64,000 nucleotides of DNA from Octopus vulgaris (Eukaryota): contig OX597818.1 in NCBI GenBank assembly GCA_951406725.2, forward strand, positions 5,518,001 through 5,582,000, read 5' to 3'. The notes beneath the pieces are model-generated. The model worked only from the letters and a program-made list of their open reading frames with translations. It ran no database searches and had not been told where the DNA came from. Positions 25,430 through 40,682 of the stretch are shown one piece after another (the stretch's first letter is position 1; every line of letters begins with the position of its first letter). Made by a program: the position numbers and the translations under genes.

Positions 25430-25940
25430 AGTGATGCACTCACATGTAGCATCAAACAGTCCTGGGACTGTTACATATTCGATATTCTGTTACACATTCG
25501 ATCCTCTAGAAAGAATCAAAAGAAAGGTTACTCGAATAATTCGCATAATTCATCTGCAGGAATGTGGCAGCTTCCGGACCACATACATGCATGTGGTACT
25601 CTCACATGTAGCAGCAAACAATCCCGGGACTGTCTATTGCTACATATCAGATATTCTAGAAAGCATCAAAAGAAAAGTTAGTCGAGTAATTCGCATAATT
25701 CAGTTGCAGGCACATGGCAGCTTCTGGTCCACAGACATGCAATTTGTAACTCTAATTGAATGGTATCGGCACCTACGAGTTGGTTAATCTTGTTCCATCT
25801 ACACTCAGAAACTCCCGAGTCGCTCAACACTCCTGCACCTCTCATTCTGTAGGTTGTCTACACCGTTTAACGTTAAACACTTTTCTCTGCCGCGACAATA
25901 TAATCTTCATAAACATGGAAGTATAATTAATTTAATTCCA
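25430..25940 (+). mobile_element. CR1/Jockey-like LINE 3' remnant with ~165-bp tandem duplication
   Basis: Two copies of YSHV...DILE.IKRKV.R.IRII at ~25430-25591 and ~25592-25741. Confidence 0.55.
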
Positions 25941-25982
25941 TGTGTTGATTTTATATTTTGCGTGTTTAAATATGTATTTCTA

Positions 25983-26680
25983 ACCATCCAACTTATTCGT
26001 CCAGTATTCCTGGGAGGGTCGTACGTGTACAGTCATCAGGCATCACCCCTATGGTATCCTGTCAAAAGCAACAATCATGATACTTGAAGGTTGTATTCCC
26101 AAACATGACGAACTGAGACTATATAAGTTATCCAATGCTTTCGTTCTTGGTTTACTTCTGGTTATCATATTGCTTGGTTTGGCTTCATGTTTGCATCTTG
26201 GATACTTTTCTGCGATATTCTAATCACATGTCCATTGTACTGGAGGTTTTGACCTCTCGATGCAGAGACTTAATGGCTCGACCTTAGTTCTCTGCCGAGG
26301 GCTTCGTGTGACAGTGATGGAAGTCAGTATTGCAAAAGACTGATATATTGGTCCTCTAAATAAAGCCTTCCCATCTTTAGTGGAATATTACTGACACCAG
26401 TCAAGAATTTTGAATATTTCAGTGCTGTATTTCACGACTTACAGAAGGCAGGAACCTGAACCTGATGCTAGAATTGCAGGTGTTGGAACAATTGTGTACT
26501 AGCTTTGTCATTCGACCCTCAGAACTGAAATGGCTGACAGAAAAGCAAATCACACCAACTTCGGTTCGTATTTAGTGCCTATCCTCACCTACAGTCATGA
26601 CTGTTTGGTAATGAGAGAATTGATACATTCGAGAATACAAGTAGCTGAAGTGGGATTTCTCCGAAAGGCTTCTGGAGGAA
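25983..26680. mobile_element. RTE (Expander/Rex3-like) LINE fragment with 5' inversion
   Basis: Plus 26390-26680: VPILTYSHD..VM....SRIQVAEVGFLRK. Minus 26330-25983: VEPLSLCIERS..GHVIR ending in GGATGG. Confidence 0.7.
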
Positions 26681-27813
26681 GTATGTATATACTAATATAA
26701 TAAAATATATGAAAGGTCGCTCAATTGTGCAACGCATGTTTCCATCGCATGGCTATATAATCCTTGATAAATAACATAAAATAATATTACATAATCACGC
26801 AACATTTCATTTGATAACAATGTTATCAACAATGTTATCAACATTTCATTTAATAACAATCATTATTTTACCAGTAAAATTGATCAGCTATATATAAATA
26901 TATGTAACTTTGACACTGGTTTTTCGATAAATTTCTTTTTGAGCAGTAAGCTTATATTTAAAAAGCAATTTAAAATTCCTTAGGAGATTTACCACTAACA
27001 TTTAACACGGGCTCAATGTAACAGATCGAGATTTTTTTTGTAAGTGTTGGGAGAAATTGATTGCACAAATAGTTGATCTTTAGCCGTCATAAAACATTCT
27101 AATGTAATTTCTAAGCGTTTATAATAAAATGTTCTTTTTAATCCAGAAAGTTATTACATCGGGGCAAAAGTAATCAGATTACGCTGATGCCCTATTATCC
27201 ACCAAAATTTACCAGAGTGCTTTGCAATTTTCATCCATTCCATTCACTTTAATCGAAAGACGTTTCTTTTAGTAAATCAAGAATTCAGAGCTCTGTTCAT
27301 TCTTGTGAATTTTAGTTGAAATGTTCATCTATGTGTTATACTCGTAACGATGAACATCATGGTGACAATTTATTTAAGAATAATTGGTACATACATTTGT
27401 TGGATAAATCGTATTTGTCATAACCTGTTGCTCTGCAAATTGTTTCTACAGATAAGAAACAATTACACAGTGCAGCTAAATTAATCTCCAACTTATTCTT
27501 TTCAAAAGCAGATAAACAAAGCCTATGTTCATTTTATACAATATTTCAATTCTTTTGAAACATAAATAGATAAATTACTGGAGCATCATTTTATCAAACA
27601 TCTTGCCTCATATGATGATCTAATGTATATCTCACGCGCAATCTCAAAAGAAGGAGATTAATATGGAATATCTGAAATTACTCATCAATACTAAGCAATA
27701 TATACTAAGGCAAAGTAGCACACAGAACAATACAAGCGCGTACATATTATAGTATTCACATGTTCGCATGAATTTGTATGTATATATGCATAGATATATT
27801 CATACATTCATAC

Positions 27814-29100
<1,287 letters not shown>

Positions 29101-29590
29101 ATTATTTCACTGCAGTTACCCATGACAAATAATACTCTCTAACGGTAAAATGTGTAAAATCAACATATCTGCTCTGTGCTACGACCTATCGGATACCCAG
29201 ACGTAATTCTAGCTCTTTAGACGTCATCAATGAGAAATACTGAGGTAACTCTGGTAGATTTTAAAACCATAACTTTAGGCTTTAAAATCTTCCCAGAATT
29301 ATCTATCTGCAGTATTTCCCATCGATAAATGCTAAAGTGCTAGAAATACAGCGTCGGAGAATCTGAAAGAAGGCAGCATGGAATAGCCATGGTGCTTTTA
29401 TACATTTTACCATAAGAGAGTCTTTTCTTTTCTCTCCATGGTAAATTTTGCTTTAGAAGTTGAAGTATGTTACAAACATATTTCAACTCACATAAATTTC
29501 GCTTATGCCTAAACACTGTTTAGATCTGATACAATTGAATACATACATACGTACATACATGCATATGTACATACAAACATACACATATCT

Positions 29591-29677
<87 letters not shown>

Positions 29678-30861
29678 CCTATCTATTTATCTATATATAT
29701 ATAAATGTAAGACCCAGTGATTAAGGTATAGGAAGAAAGTTAGCTTCGATAACATTAGCACCAACTATAATAACGAGCCTAGCACCGATTCCTCAATAAA
29801 TAACACTACTCTCGCAAGTTCGTCCGGAACAACCCTACAAACCTATGCAGCTGCAGACACTCAGCCTCCTGAGCCTTAAGTAAACGGTGTGTCGCTAAAA
29901 ACGTAGTTTATAAGTGCATAGTTTCAGCTAACAAATGCAACTACATTTACATCGGCTCATGTAGCACCTCTTTCAAAGCTAGGGTGAGTAATTAGTACTT
30001 TAGCTTCAAATCCTAAACAAAATCCTAAACAAAATATAACAGTACAACTTTATCTAATCTTATCAGTAAACAAAGCTTGATTCAACCCCTTACACTCTCA
30101 AATGGTTCATAGTCACCTACACCAAATCTTACTGTGGATATAACAACAAGTGTAATCCATGCATAGGTCATAGCTGTTTGCAATGAACGCAGCAGTATGT
30201 TTACTTACTACCTTATACATACATATGCACATACATACATACACATACATACATACATATATTTATATATATCGTGTGCATGTATTAATTTTGGTGTCGT
30301 CGGTGTCTCCTTGATTTGAGTTACTCCCTCCCTCCTCACAAATATATACACCTATATGTATTTGTGAGTTTACGGGTGGAGGGGTAGAAACTTCATAAGT
30401 TTCTTCGCTTTTGTACCAATTTATGCCTTTCGGTTATAGAAACTCCTCGACTAGAAATCAATCCCTAGCCATGCTTAAATCCCCCACCCTACTTTGCTTT
30501 ATTCACACACATATTCTTTCTCTATCACGACCAAAAATATTTCCTCACCCTCTCACCGCCAATTGATTTTCTCTTCAAATACCAATTCCTCTTTTAAATT
30601 CTATGCTTAAGCTAAACTACTATATTATCTATTACTGACCTGCCCAAATTCCTCCTTTCTTTCACTCCCCTGTAGTTTATTTTTTATTTACTTTTTTATT
30701 TTTTCTTTCTCTTCTTTCTTCCCTTTTTCTAATACTTATTTTTCACTACATGTATATACCCCTCATACACTGTGCCCTCCACACATTCTAATCGAGTCCT
30801 CTATGCGTCTATACATACCTCCTTATGACAGTGTAGCCTTTAATCTAATCAAGATATCCTT

Positions 30862-30945
30862 GGCCTGAAGAGTAGCCAGCGGTATACACCTCGCTTGGAT
30901 GTTACCTCTTCTGGTGTTCCACCTGCCATGAAACATATGTAGTCC
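30862..30945 (+). ncRNA. Type I hammerhead with long, partly decayed stem II
   Basis: ggc CTGAAGA [gtagccagcgg..acacc..ggtgt..ccacctgccat] GAAA c-atat-g TA gtc. Confidence 0.7.
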
Positions 30946-31499
30946 GAACTTTTCTACTCCATTCCGTAACTCTTATATACATGTACGCATACTTACACAC
31001 ACAGACACCCACCCACATGTATATGTATGTATCTTTGTGTGTGTGAGTGTGTGTGTGTAAATGCGTGTGAGTTTGTGAGCATGTGTGTGTGTGAGTGTTT
31101 GTGTGTGGGAACGTGAGTCTCACAAATCAAAGAATTATATATCCCATTAGTATCATATCCACCGTAGAAATAGATATAAAATACTGTTTTAACTTTAAAT
31201 TATTTACTTTTTGTATAACATATTTGGATATGCATGAAACAAAAAATAAAGAAATAAGATTAGATAATTTAGATGAATGTGGAGAACGAATTGATTTTGT
31301 GAAATATATTACGGAGTGTGTGGAAAGCTTAAAATTTACATATTTAAAATATTTTTGTTTTCTCCTGCATGAACAAAACATTTGCTAGTCTCACAGCAAA
31401 CTAATAATTGTGTAATCCATTTGAATCTGGAAAGAAGAATTCTAACAAAACGGTAGTGACTTTAATTAGTAGCCATTGAAATAATTCTAAATTCCTTAA

Positions 31500-32218
31500 T
31501 TGATAAATATCGGAGCCAATGCTGCTTCAATTTGTACAAATGAAATGTTGATGGAACAGATTCGTTTCTTTAAAGTATATTGATTAACAAGCTTTTATTC
31601 AGTTGTTTTCTCGAATGCGAGCTCGCAAATTACTTTAATTAATTTCTTTAATAGCACCAACGTGCCTTCCAACCAAGTCTTTCACAAAAGTTTTAATCTC
31701 AAATTTCATCTCCCACATAACCTATTGAATTCGACTAAGATTTGACCCCACCCATCAAAAATAAGAAAGATTTTAAAATAGTGGTACCTTGTTAATTTGG
31801 GTTTTTTATTAGAAAGTTCGATAACAAAAATATAATTATCATACAGAATTTTGCCTTGGGAATTCTTTTTTGAAAATTACATTTCGTTCTATCTTACCTC
31901 GTGCCCTGTCACAATATCGAAAAGAGCCAAGATATTTTTCAATACGGAAAGGGAAATATAATTCTATTCTTATTGCCTCTCTCTCAGCTATTGAGTAATT
32001 CTAATAGCAGTAATTGCTGTTTTTCTGATAACGGAATTCACTTCAAAATCAATTTCGGCTGTAAACTGACTGCTGAGTGCATGTATTTACTTAACGGCAA
32101 GCTCTCTGGATTATAAGAAAATATTTATGTATCAGGCACTCTTGAAATTCTCGTATAACGTCTTCTTATATATTTATGTTGCTCTACATCTCTTTTTTGT
32201 ATTACTAAGTAATTTTTA
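31500..32218 (+). pseudogene. Decayed class A GPCR (peptide-receptor/srw-like) remnant
   Basis: From 31995: VILIAVIAVFLITEF (TM6-like) ... LLKFSYNVFLYIY (TM7-like) in one frame with one stop. Upstream RILPW (TM5-like) and AASICT (TM3-like). Confidence 0.5.
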
Positions 32219-32896
32219 GTAAAGAATTTCCCCTGGCAATGAACTTCATGCTTCCTATAACTCTTTTATATGTTCTTTCATTCCATGTTAAGCCTCCTGT
32301 CATTAAACTAGCTTTACTAATATCCCTTACTAAGTGAAACGGTTGCTGCACATATTTCACTAAACATCATGATATTGAACTGGTTTATATTAAGAGTATA
32401 ACGTAATTTACCTTTCATTTTTAGGGAATAATCACTATTGCTGTTATTTATCGAAAGTACCGACAAATACCAATTAATTTATTTTAGATGGTAGAATATA
32501 TGCTATACTAAATTTTTCTGATGCTTTAGATCTGTCGTTTTTATTCCACATTTACCTGAAAAACATGTTGCTAATATTATGTACTGAAGTTTTCAAGTTT
32601 CGTTGTTATCCGCTGTGTGCTACATGGATAGTAACACACCACCCACAAGTCTTAACAATGTGTAACTATTATTGCTTTCAAATCTAGCACTGCCCTTCTT
32701 TCAAGTTTATTGATGCCTAATATTTTCCGGACTCTTTCCCGGTTTGTAATTTGATCAAAATTTTTTTGCTGCTTGTAAGATTAAAATTCGTTCCTTCGAG
32801 CCACATATTTTCATTTTCTCAAGAGTCTGTGTGAGAGTCTGCTGTAAAGTTCATACCATCACCAAGATGCTCTCCTGGAATGTTAACAGATGAAGA

Positions 32897-33700
32897 TTAT
32901 CTTTCAACATAATCCCCGTTGCAGTCCACACACTTCTCTAATCAGTGTTGCAGTGTTTTGATCCCATTGGTCAAGAGGCTGTCAGCCTGTTGTCCAAAAC
33001 AAACATCAATATCAGATACTGAGTCATCATCACTGCGATGTTGTTTCTCAGCAAAGTGTTTTTCATGTTGGAGAACAGACGATTGTCAGATCACTCCAAA
33101 CCAGGAGACAAGAGAGCGTGATCAGCAAGTGCAAAACCACAGTCACGAACAGCAGCCATTGAGACCAAACATGTTTTTGCTTGAGCATTGTCTTGATGAA
33201 ACAAAATCTTTTTCGTGATTCTGTGTTAGAAATCCTTCAAGGAAACTAGTTGAAACTGCCTCAAACTATGTCAGGTTTGCCCGCATTTTGATCAGCCTGG
33301 TGCGTTTTGATCAGGTATCAGAAGACTTGGCACCTAGCGAGCAGCGGCTTGCGCCATGCCAAGTTCATTATGTAAGTATATTGTCAAAACTCTTATGAGA
33401 TAATAGTACATTGGCTATTTGATTTATAGTTAGTCGCCGATCATCCATCACCGTGTGGGGAACACGATCAATGTTTTCCTCTGTACTTGAAGTTACATAC
33501 CTTGAGTCATTTTCAAGACTATCTGTTCCCCTCCTAAGGTCAGCTTCCTACTTTTGCACTGTTGATAATGCTGGAGCCTTATCCTCTAATGCAGCAACCA
33601 TGTCAGGATGACTGTCCTTGTTGGTTAACCCTTTTCTCTGTAGGTACTTCTTAACACTATGATGTGAAATTTTCTTAATTTTCAAAAGCAGTCGCATTTG
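32897..33700 (-). mobile_element. Mariner transposase remnant, internally deleted
   Basis: KYLQ.KGLT, LGM....*VPSLL, ILFHQDNA, KCVDCNGDYVER*. Confidence 0.8.
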
Positions 33701-34115
33701 AAGTATTCTTTGAACAGAGAGATGTCAGTTTACCTGTAAACAAAATGCAGTTATTAACATGAATTTATCTTTTACCTCTAATTTTAAGTAAAAGATAAAT
33801 TCATATAAGCCTTGGATGAACGGTGGGTACTCGTGGTTAGAATTTGTTGTAATTTTAATATACCGTTGTGCATCTTTTGACGTTCAGCTTCGGTCCCATA
33901 ATGATCTGGTTGAATGCTAATGCATTTTACATTTTGGACGTCGTAACTAAGTGTTCAGTGGCAAAGTGTTACATTATTAACGATGCAGCAAAAGATCTTC
34001 ACTAATAAAAGCTATCTGCCGAAGTTGCTCAAATCCAGCAGAGTTCGTTTCTTTTGAGAAAAAATTCATCCTTCAGCTAGTGAGAGAGAGAGAGAGAGTC
34101 GGTTCCTGTGCCTTC

Positions 34116-34527
34116 TTTCAGATCGGTTGTCAAAGTTTACTTAGTAGCGTTAGTAACTTTAAGCACGCTTATAGAATTTATACTCCGACTAACTCTGTAG
34201 CAGACGCAGCATGAAATTTGAGTGCTGGATCTGTTGTTTTGTCTTGTCTCTGATCCTGACAATACTCTCTCAAAAAGAAAACAGCTTCCACAAGCAATCA
34301 AAATGCACTTTAAATACTGAAAATATTTTAAAAAATTATATTATTGATGCATTCAATTTTCATAATATAATGTATATTATGTTATCGAATGTATTCATGC
34401 AAATCTTTCAAATAAAACTGTATTAATGGTAATATTTTTCTCCTTCAAATATACGTAGAGAAATAAAGTATTTTCTTACAAATATATATAGGAAAATATA
34501 TGTGTATATATGCTCAACTCCATGCAT

Positions 34528-34600
<73 letters not shown>

Positions 34601-34766
34601 ATGTATAGACATATAAATTAAAATTAAAATCAGAGACAAGACAAAACAACAAATCCAGCACTCAAAGTTCATGCCGCGTCTACTACAGAGTTAGTCGGAG
34701 TATAAATTCTATAAGCATGCTTAAAGTTACTAACGATACTGAGTAAATTTGACAACCGATCTGAAA
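34116..34766. repeat. ~138-bp inverted repeat pair (34116-34254 and 34629-34766) around a (TA)n-containing spacer
   Basis: Arms are near-identical reverse complements. Confidence 0.9.
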
Positions 34767-34798
34767 TTAAAATTAAAACAGATTAGGAGATCGAAAGT

Positions 34799-34841
34799 CC
34801 ACCTGACGAATGTCATTGAAGACATGAAACGATTGTAGTGG
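34799..34841 (+). ncRNA. Minimal type I hammerhead ribozyme
   Basis: ccac CTGACGA atgtc-attgaa-gacat GAAA c-gatt-g TA gtgg; all three stems pair. Confidence 0.88.
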
Positions 34842-35013
34842 CGGTTTATTTCTTTATATTAAAAATTTTTATGTATTGATTAAGTCTTTCCTTGTTTGTT
34901 TTGCAAAGTAGTGGTTTTGTCTCGAATTATATTATATAATATTTTACTATAAAATTGGATTTAATCCTAAATCTGATTTTTCCCTGTAAATTTGGATTTA
35001 TTCCCTAATATTT

Positions 35014-35119
<106 letters not shown>

Positions 35120-35159
35120 ATACCTTATATATATATATACACATGTATGTGTGTGTATA

Positions 35160-35550
35160 CGAGGGTATCCAAAATAAACCAGAACCCTGCAATGTTATTT
35201 TATTCACTTATCTTTAGATGTTTACACTTTTAACGCCTTCAAAATATTCTCCATTTGAAGCAATGCATTGGTCCAGATTAGTTTTCCACTGCTTGAAACT
35301 GCTGCAACTCTCGAGAAGTGAAGCCTTTTCACGCCTCCATCGCTTTTCTTAATATCTTCGACTTTTGAAAATTTCATAGCACCAGCTTTCATCACGAGTT
35401 ATGGCCTTAGATGACCAGTTCATTACACACATTCTGTTGTGACTGCTTTTGATCTTCCGTGAGCAAGCGAAGCACAAATTTTGTTGCAATTCATTTCATT
35501 CACAATTCCTCGCCCGTTGACGTGGTACTGCAATGTCTTTGGTTTTCTGT
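35160..35550 (-). mobile_element. Mariner-derived non-autonomous remnant
   Basis: TA|CGAGGG terminus; minus strand encodes FKQWK..LDQCIASNGEYFEG. Confidence 0.7.
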
Positions 35551-35560
35551 GGTTCTCCCC

Positions 35561-36074
35561 TGTTACAACTAATTTAATCCAGGTAGATCTTCCACCGCCA
35601 GCGGCACCCTGTATATTGCTAGCAGGGAGAGCGAAACCTGCCATTCGCTAGCAGACAAGGGAATCGCGAGACTGACTCAGTTTCGAGCTGGTTGGCCATT
35701 CCTCAGTCGCCAGAGCGATAGCCGTGGTCCACTCCAGCCAGCAATAGATTGTAAACAAAGCGCTCATCGATCACTGGTTGGTTACACGCAAAATAGCTAG
35801 TTGTAAAAATGATCACAGTAGTAACTATAATAACAAGTAAAGTTAATCGCATGTCAAAGTGGATGTTCGATGTTATTACCAGTTTAACAAGAGGGAGATA
35901 TTCCACCAGCTGGTTAAGGGGGTCAAGCAGCAAGATACTGAGTTAGTCGCGCGATCCTGTTGTCTGCTAGAGAATGGAAGGTGTTCTCTCCCCCTGCTAG
36001 CAATAGACATGGTGCAGTGTCGCACCGATAACCAGCTGGCGGAAGTTCTGCCTGAGGTTAAACTAATAGTGACA
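35561..36074. mobile_element. Unclassified foldback/MITE-like element with ~130-bp diverged terminal inverted repeats
   Basis: 35561-35690 matches the reverse complement of 35930-36074; termini TGTTAC...GTGACA. Confidence 0.7.
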
Positions 36075-36181
36075 TGGAACAACAGCTCTGATGTGGCGAA
36101 TAACTTTATTTATTAGTATAATTACTACTCTGGTCTATTTTCAGATTTTACAACTAGCTATTTTACTTGTTCTATATACGG

Positions 36182-36221
<40 letters not shown>

Positions 36222-36854
36222 GTATATATATATAGGAGTGAGTGGACAAATGAAAGAAGGGCACTGAACTAGTTTATTGGGAGTTATGTGTATGGATCAA
36301 AACAGTTTGATTCAAATTCTTTAGTACTCTTGAGTTTCATGCGCGAAGCTAATCGTAAGCCATTTTGAATTTGAATGACCGAAGTTGATTGTTATTACCG
36401 TAAGGTGGCCTGCGATTGGTCGAGGAAGGTCAGACGGTGTCGTGGTTTGATATTGGTATATGGGTAACAGTTAGTTGCAAAATACTGCATGGTGAACAGG
36501 AAATTGACCATGAGTAGGAAAGAAATAGACTCGAAGTCTGACAAGTTGTTGCAGGGTAGCAGACGGCACACATGTGCACAAACAAACAAAACAACACAGC
36601 TCCAATAAAGGACAGAGTCAACAAATATTCAAGAGTTTGCAAGAAGCAACGAAAATTTTAAGAAGAAATAATAATGAGAGGAAACTGAACCGGTGAGTGT
36701 ATTAAATAAAATAAGGCATTCATACCGAATGATTATCTTCAGAAACAACAAAATATGCTTCAATACACGAATTCACATAAGGAATCTTACAAACCAAATA
36801 AAAAAATGCAATATATATACACTCACACACACGGATATATATACGTACATAGAG

Positions 36855-36910
<56 letters not shown>

Positions 36911-36914
36911 GTAT

Positions 36915-38015
36915 ATTATAGAAAATATACAAAATATGACAAGAACGCAAAACATGCAGAAAGTTAGGTGATACAAAAAAGGGACAACAACACATCCAGA
37001 TAGACGATACAAAGAAAACAAGGACGGGTCATTCGGAGGTTTCTTTCCTCAGGCGAGATCCAGATTATCTTTGCAATTTCGGCTGGTAATATTCGAGATT
37101 GCTCCATTCTGGCCCGCCCCAAGGAAAAACTAAGCTAAGAGCATCAGATTCCTTTTAAGAAAGCAACAAATGAATATGAAAACAAAGATGGACAAAAACG
37201 GAGAATTTTACACAAATACAAATAACAGTACATAACAACCGGTGTCTTTCGACTAAGGACGAATTAAATTAAGCTGGCGTATGTGGAAGTAAAGCCTTAC
37301 GGTAGGGATACAAGATTTCACAAGCACAGGGAGGAATATAGAGGTTGCAAGAAAGAAAGGTCAGGCTTGGTCGAACACCAGTCAGGTGGGGAGAGAAGAG
37401 AGAGTGGTAGAGGTAAAGGACAATAGAAATAAGGAGGGGCGAGAAAAATGACAAGGATACAGTGAAATGAAAAGAGGGGGGAAAGTGAGCATGAAGAGAA
37501 GGCAGGGAATGTGAGAGAGGGGGAACGAAAGAACGAAGTAAGCGTGAAAGGGCAGATAGAAAGAAGGAAAGAATAATAGAAAGAATAGGGTCGTACAAGA
37601 TTTAGATAAATATATACTTACATATAAAGGACCAACGTGTACGTACGTCGCTATGTTTCATATATAAAAATACAAAATGGGACAAGAAGGTAAACCATCC
37701 AGAGAGTTAGGAGGTACATAACAGGGACAACAAAACATCCAGATAGACGATACAAAGAAAACAAGGACGGGTCATTCGGATTTTTTCCTCAGTCGAGTTC
37801 CTGATTATCTTTGCAATTTTGGCTGGGTATACTCGAGATTGCTCCAATCTGGCCATCTCCAAGGCAAAACTAAGCTAAGAGCATTAGGTTCCTTGCAAGA
37901 AAGCAGCGAATATATACGAAAACAAGGAAGGAAAAAAACGGAGAATGTTACTTCTTAGTCAAAAGACACCTGTTGTTATGTCCTGTTATTTGTATTTGTG
38001 TAACATTTCCGTTTT
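36915..38015 (-). mobile_element. Duplicated PLE-like terminal repeat with inverted tail
   Basis: 36925-37210 is repeated at 37670-37950. 37953-38015 is the reverse complement of ~37197-37257. Abuts (TA)n. The PLE assignment is inferred from architecture only. Confidence 0.6.
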
Positions 38016-38710
38016 ATACAGATGAATTTATCTATCCATCTATCTATATACACACACATATATACACACATATGTGTGTGTGTGGGTGCGCGCGTGACCG
38101 TAGAGAGTAGGTAACGTCGTTGAACATACCGATCTCTGCATATATTTTTTAAACCATTGTATCATTTGAGAACGTTAATAACAACTTATGTTAGCGGACA
38201 TCCACAAACAGTGTGTCGGCTTGAATTCGCCATGTCAGTAATAGAGACCGCCAGGGCAATTTGATTTAGACAGGAAGATCTGTTCTTATACTGAAAACAA
38301 CGAAGAAATCATTTATTGGTATGTGTTTAGACAAAAATGTGGAATTAATTCAGACTAAACATATGAAGCAGCTACAATCAAAATTAAGTTCCCAACTTAT
38401 TTCTATCATTTCTGCACGTTAGAACTGGAATGAAATTCATTGCAGAAGTTTATCTCTCAGAACATACAACTAAATTGCTGCAGCATTCTGATATGATGCA
38501 ATGGGTTAAAAATAAATAGAAAGGCCGTTATTTTAATCGTTGCTTCTTTCAGTTTGCGAACAAATATATATACGTAGTTGTAATACATATTTCTGTATAT
38601 GTGTGTATGCATTTGGGTATGTATATATATGTGTATATGTGTGTCTGAGAGAGAGTGTGTGTGTATGAGCTTACATATATAAATATACACACACACATAT
38701 ATACACAACA

Positions 38711-38769
<59 letters not shown>

Positions 38770-39141
38770 CCATGTACATATATACATATAACTATGCCTA
38801 TACATAAATATGTATGGTGGAAAACATTATTTCTATACGTATATTTCAAGAAAAAAGATCATCCTTAATACGGTCCTATATGAATTATTTGAATACATTA
38901 GATAATAGAATACCATTTATTATATCTAAATTGAATACATCAATAATATTTTTAAAAGATTTCTTTGGTATTTAAAATACATTTTGATTTATTGTGAAAT
39001 ATATATGATTGATTTAGTTTACTATGGAGATTTAACAATACAATTGCAATTATATTGACGTAAATACAAAGACATAATATTATACATATGTATACATATA
39101 TAAGCACACAAGCACGCACGCACACATACTCACACACATAC

Positions 39142-39389
<248 letters not shown>

Positions 39390-39488
39390 TATATACATGA
39401 TTGTGAGCATAAATACATATATGCAAATACACAGAAAAGGGGGAGAGACGAATAAGTAATTTAGACAGTTAGATGAAAAAAAAAAGAG

Positions 39489-39519
<31 letters not shown>

Positions 39520-39609
39520 AATGGGGTTGAGGGAGAGGGAGACTTATATATGCTTGCGTGTAATTCGTTTCTTATATACTCCTGTATAGATATATTAACA
39601 TATGTCGAC

Positions 39610-40420
39610 CTAATGTATATTAAATTTAGTATGTATATACACACAGTTGTGTTTCTTATTGACCGAATATTTACTCAGTATGTGAATGTTAATTTTGAAA
39701 AATATGACGCACCATCTAGTGAATGGTGTCTGTATGTCTTTTCGAAATAATATATTAATGTATCTTGCAATATATGATGCAAAGTAAACAAAACCAATGA
39801 AAAACACAATATCAATATCAATATAAAGAGTTTGAAATCGATGTATAAATCTGTGAAATTCTCTGTGTAATAAACAGTAACAAAACTTAATTTGGATGCT
39901 TTTGTGAGAGACGAAAACGTGTAGAGACACCCGAAATAGCTTCGGATATTTGTTGCTTAGTTGCAATTGCATCGAATGGAAGATATAGTTGACAGATAAG
40001 TATTGTTGTAGAGAGTTTAAGTGTATTTGAGTGTAGGATGGCGAGTGAGAACAAGAGGAAGAAAGGAATGTGCGGCAGCATGTTAAGCACAGTGTGAAAA
40101 GCCGTACAACAATATTATTCAGAAATTCATCCGTTTGTATACACGGAGATGGTTGAATATATGGAATTTGTTGGAAATCAACGGAACAGTAGGTACAAGA
40201 TTATAGATACACACGTTTACGGAAGCGAAAAAAATTCGTTAAATCGATTGCTTGCACACGGTCAATGCTCACAGCCAGCATGATGATATTGCCCCCGCAC
40301 TTAAACACAATGAAGATCCTTCTACTGAATAATTTCACGTTACTGACATAAAATAACGGTGTATGAAGATTTGACAAGGATGATTTGTCTCGAAGTGTAT
40401 TTGTCATTATGTCCGGATAC
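39610..40420 (-). pseudogene. Decayed class A GPCR remnant
   Basis: IMLAVSIDRVQAI (TM3 DRY-like). The frame runs ~270 codons with one stop at 40201. HIPFFLLFSLAIL (TM5-like, alternative frame) and hydrophobic IVFFIGFVYFASYI. Possible splice acceptor TTTTAG near 40420. Confidence 0.5.
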
Positions 40421-40682
40421 TAAAAATGTTTCAATGTTTCAATTTGCCCTCGTGTTTCCTGGAGAGGGATACTTCGTTTTCAGTAGACATGTTGATGCGC
40501 ACGCGTATATGCCTGTGCGCGCATATTTTGTGTTTGCCCCTCCACTTTCAACCCTTCTTGAAAATTATGGATGCAACTAAATTGAATCTTTGCTATAATG
40601 AGAATATTTTTCTTACATGCGACGCAGCATCTTATATACTCGACAGCTTCTCAAAACACTGTTTCCTCTCCTAAAATGTCTT

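Noticed and set aside
37025-37056. Minus-strand CTGAGGA...CCGAA in the duplicated repeat
   Set aside because: No proper stem II, GAAA or cleavage triplet.
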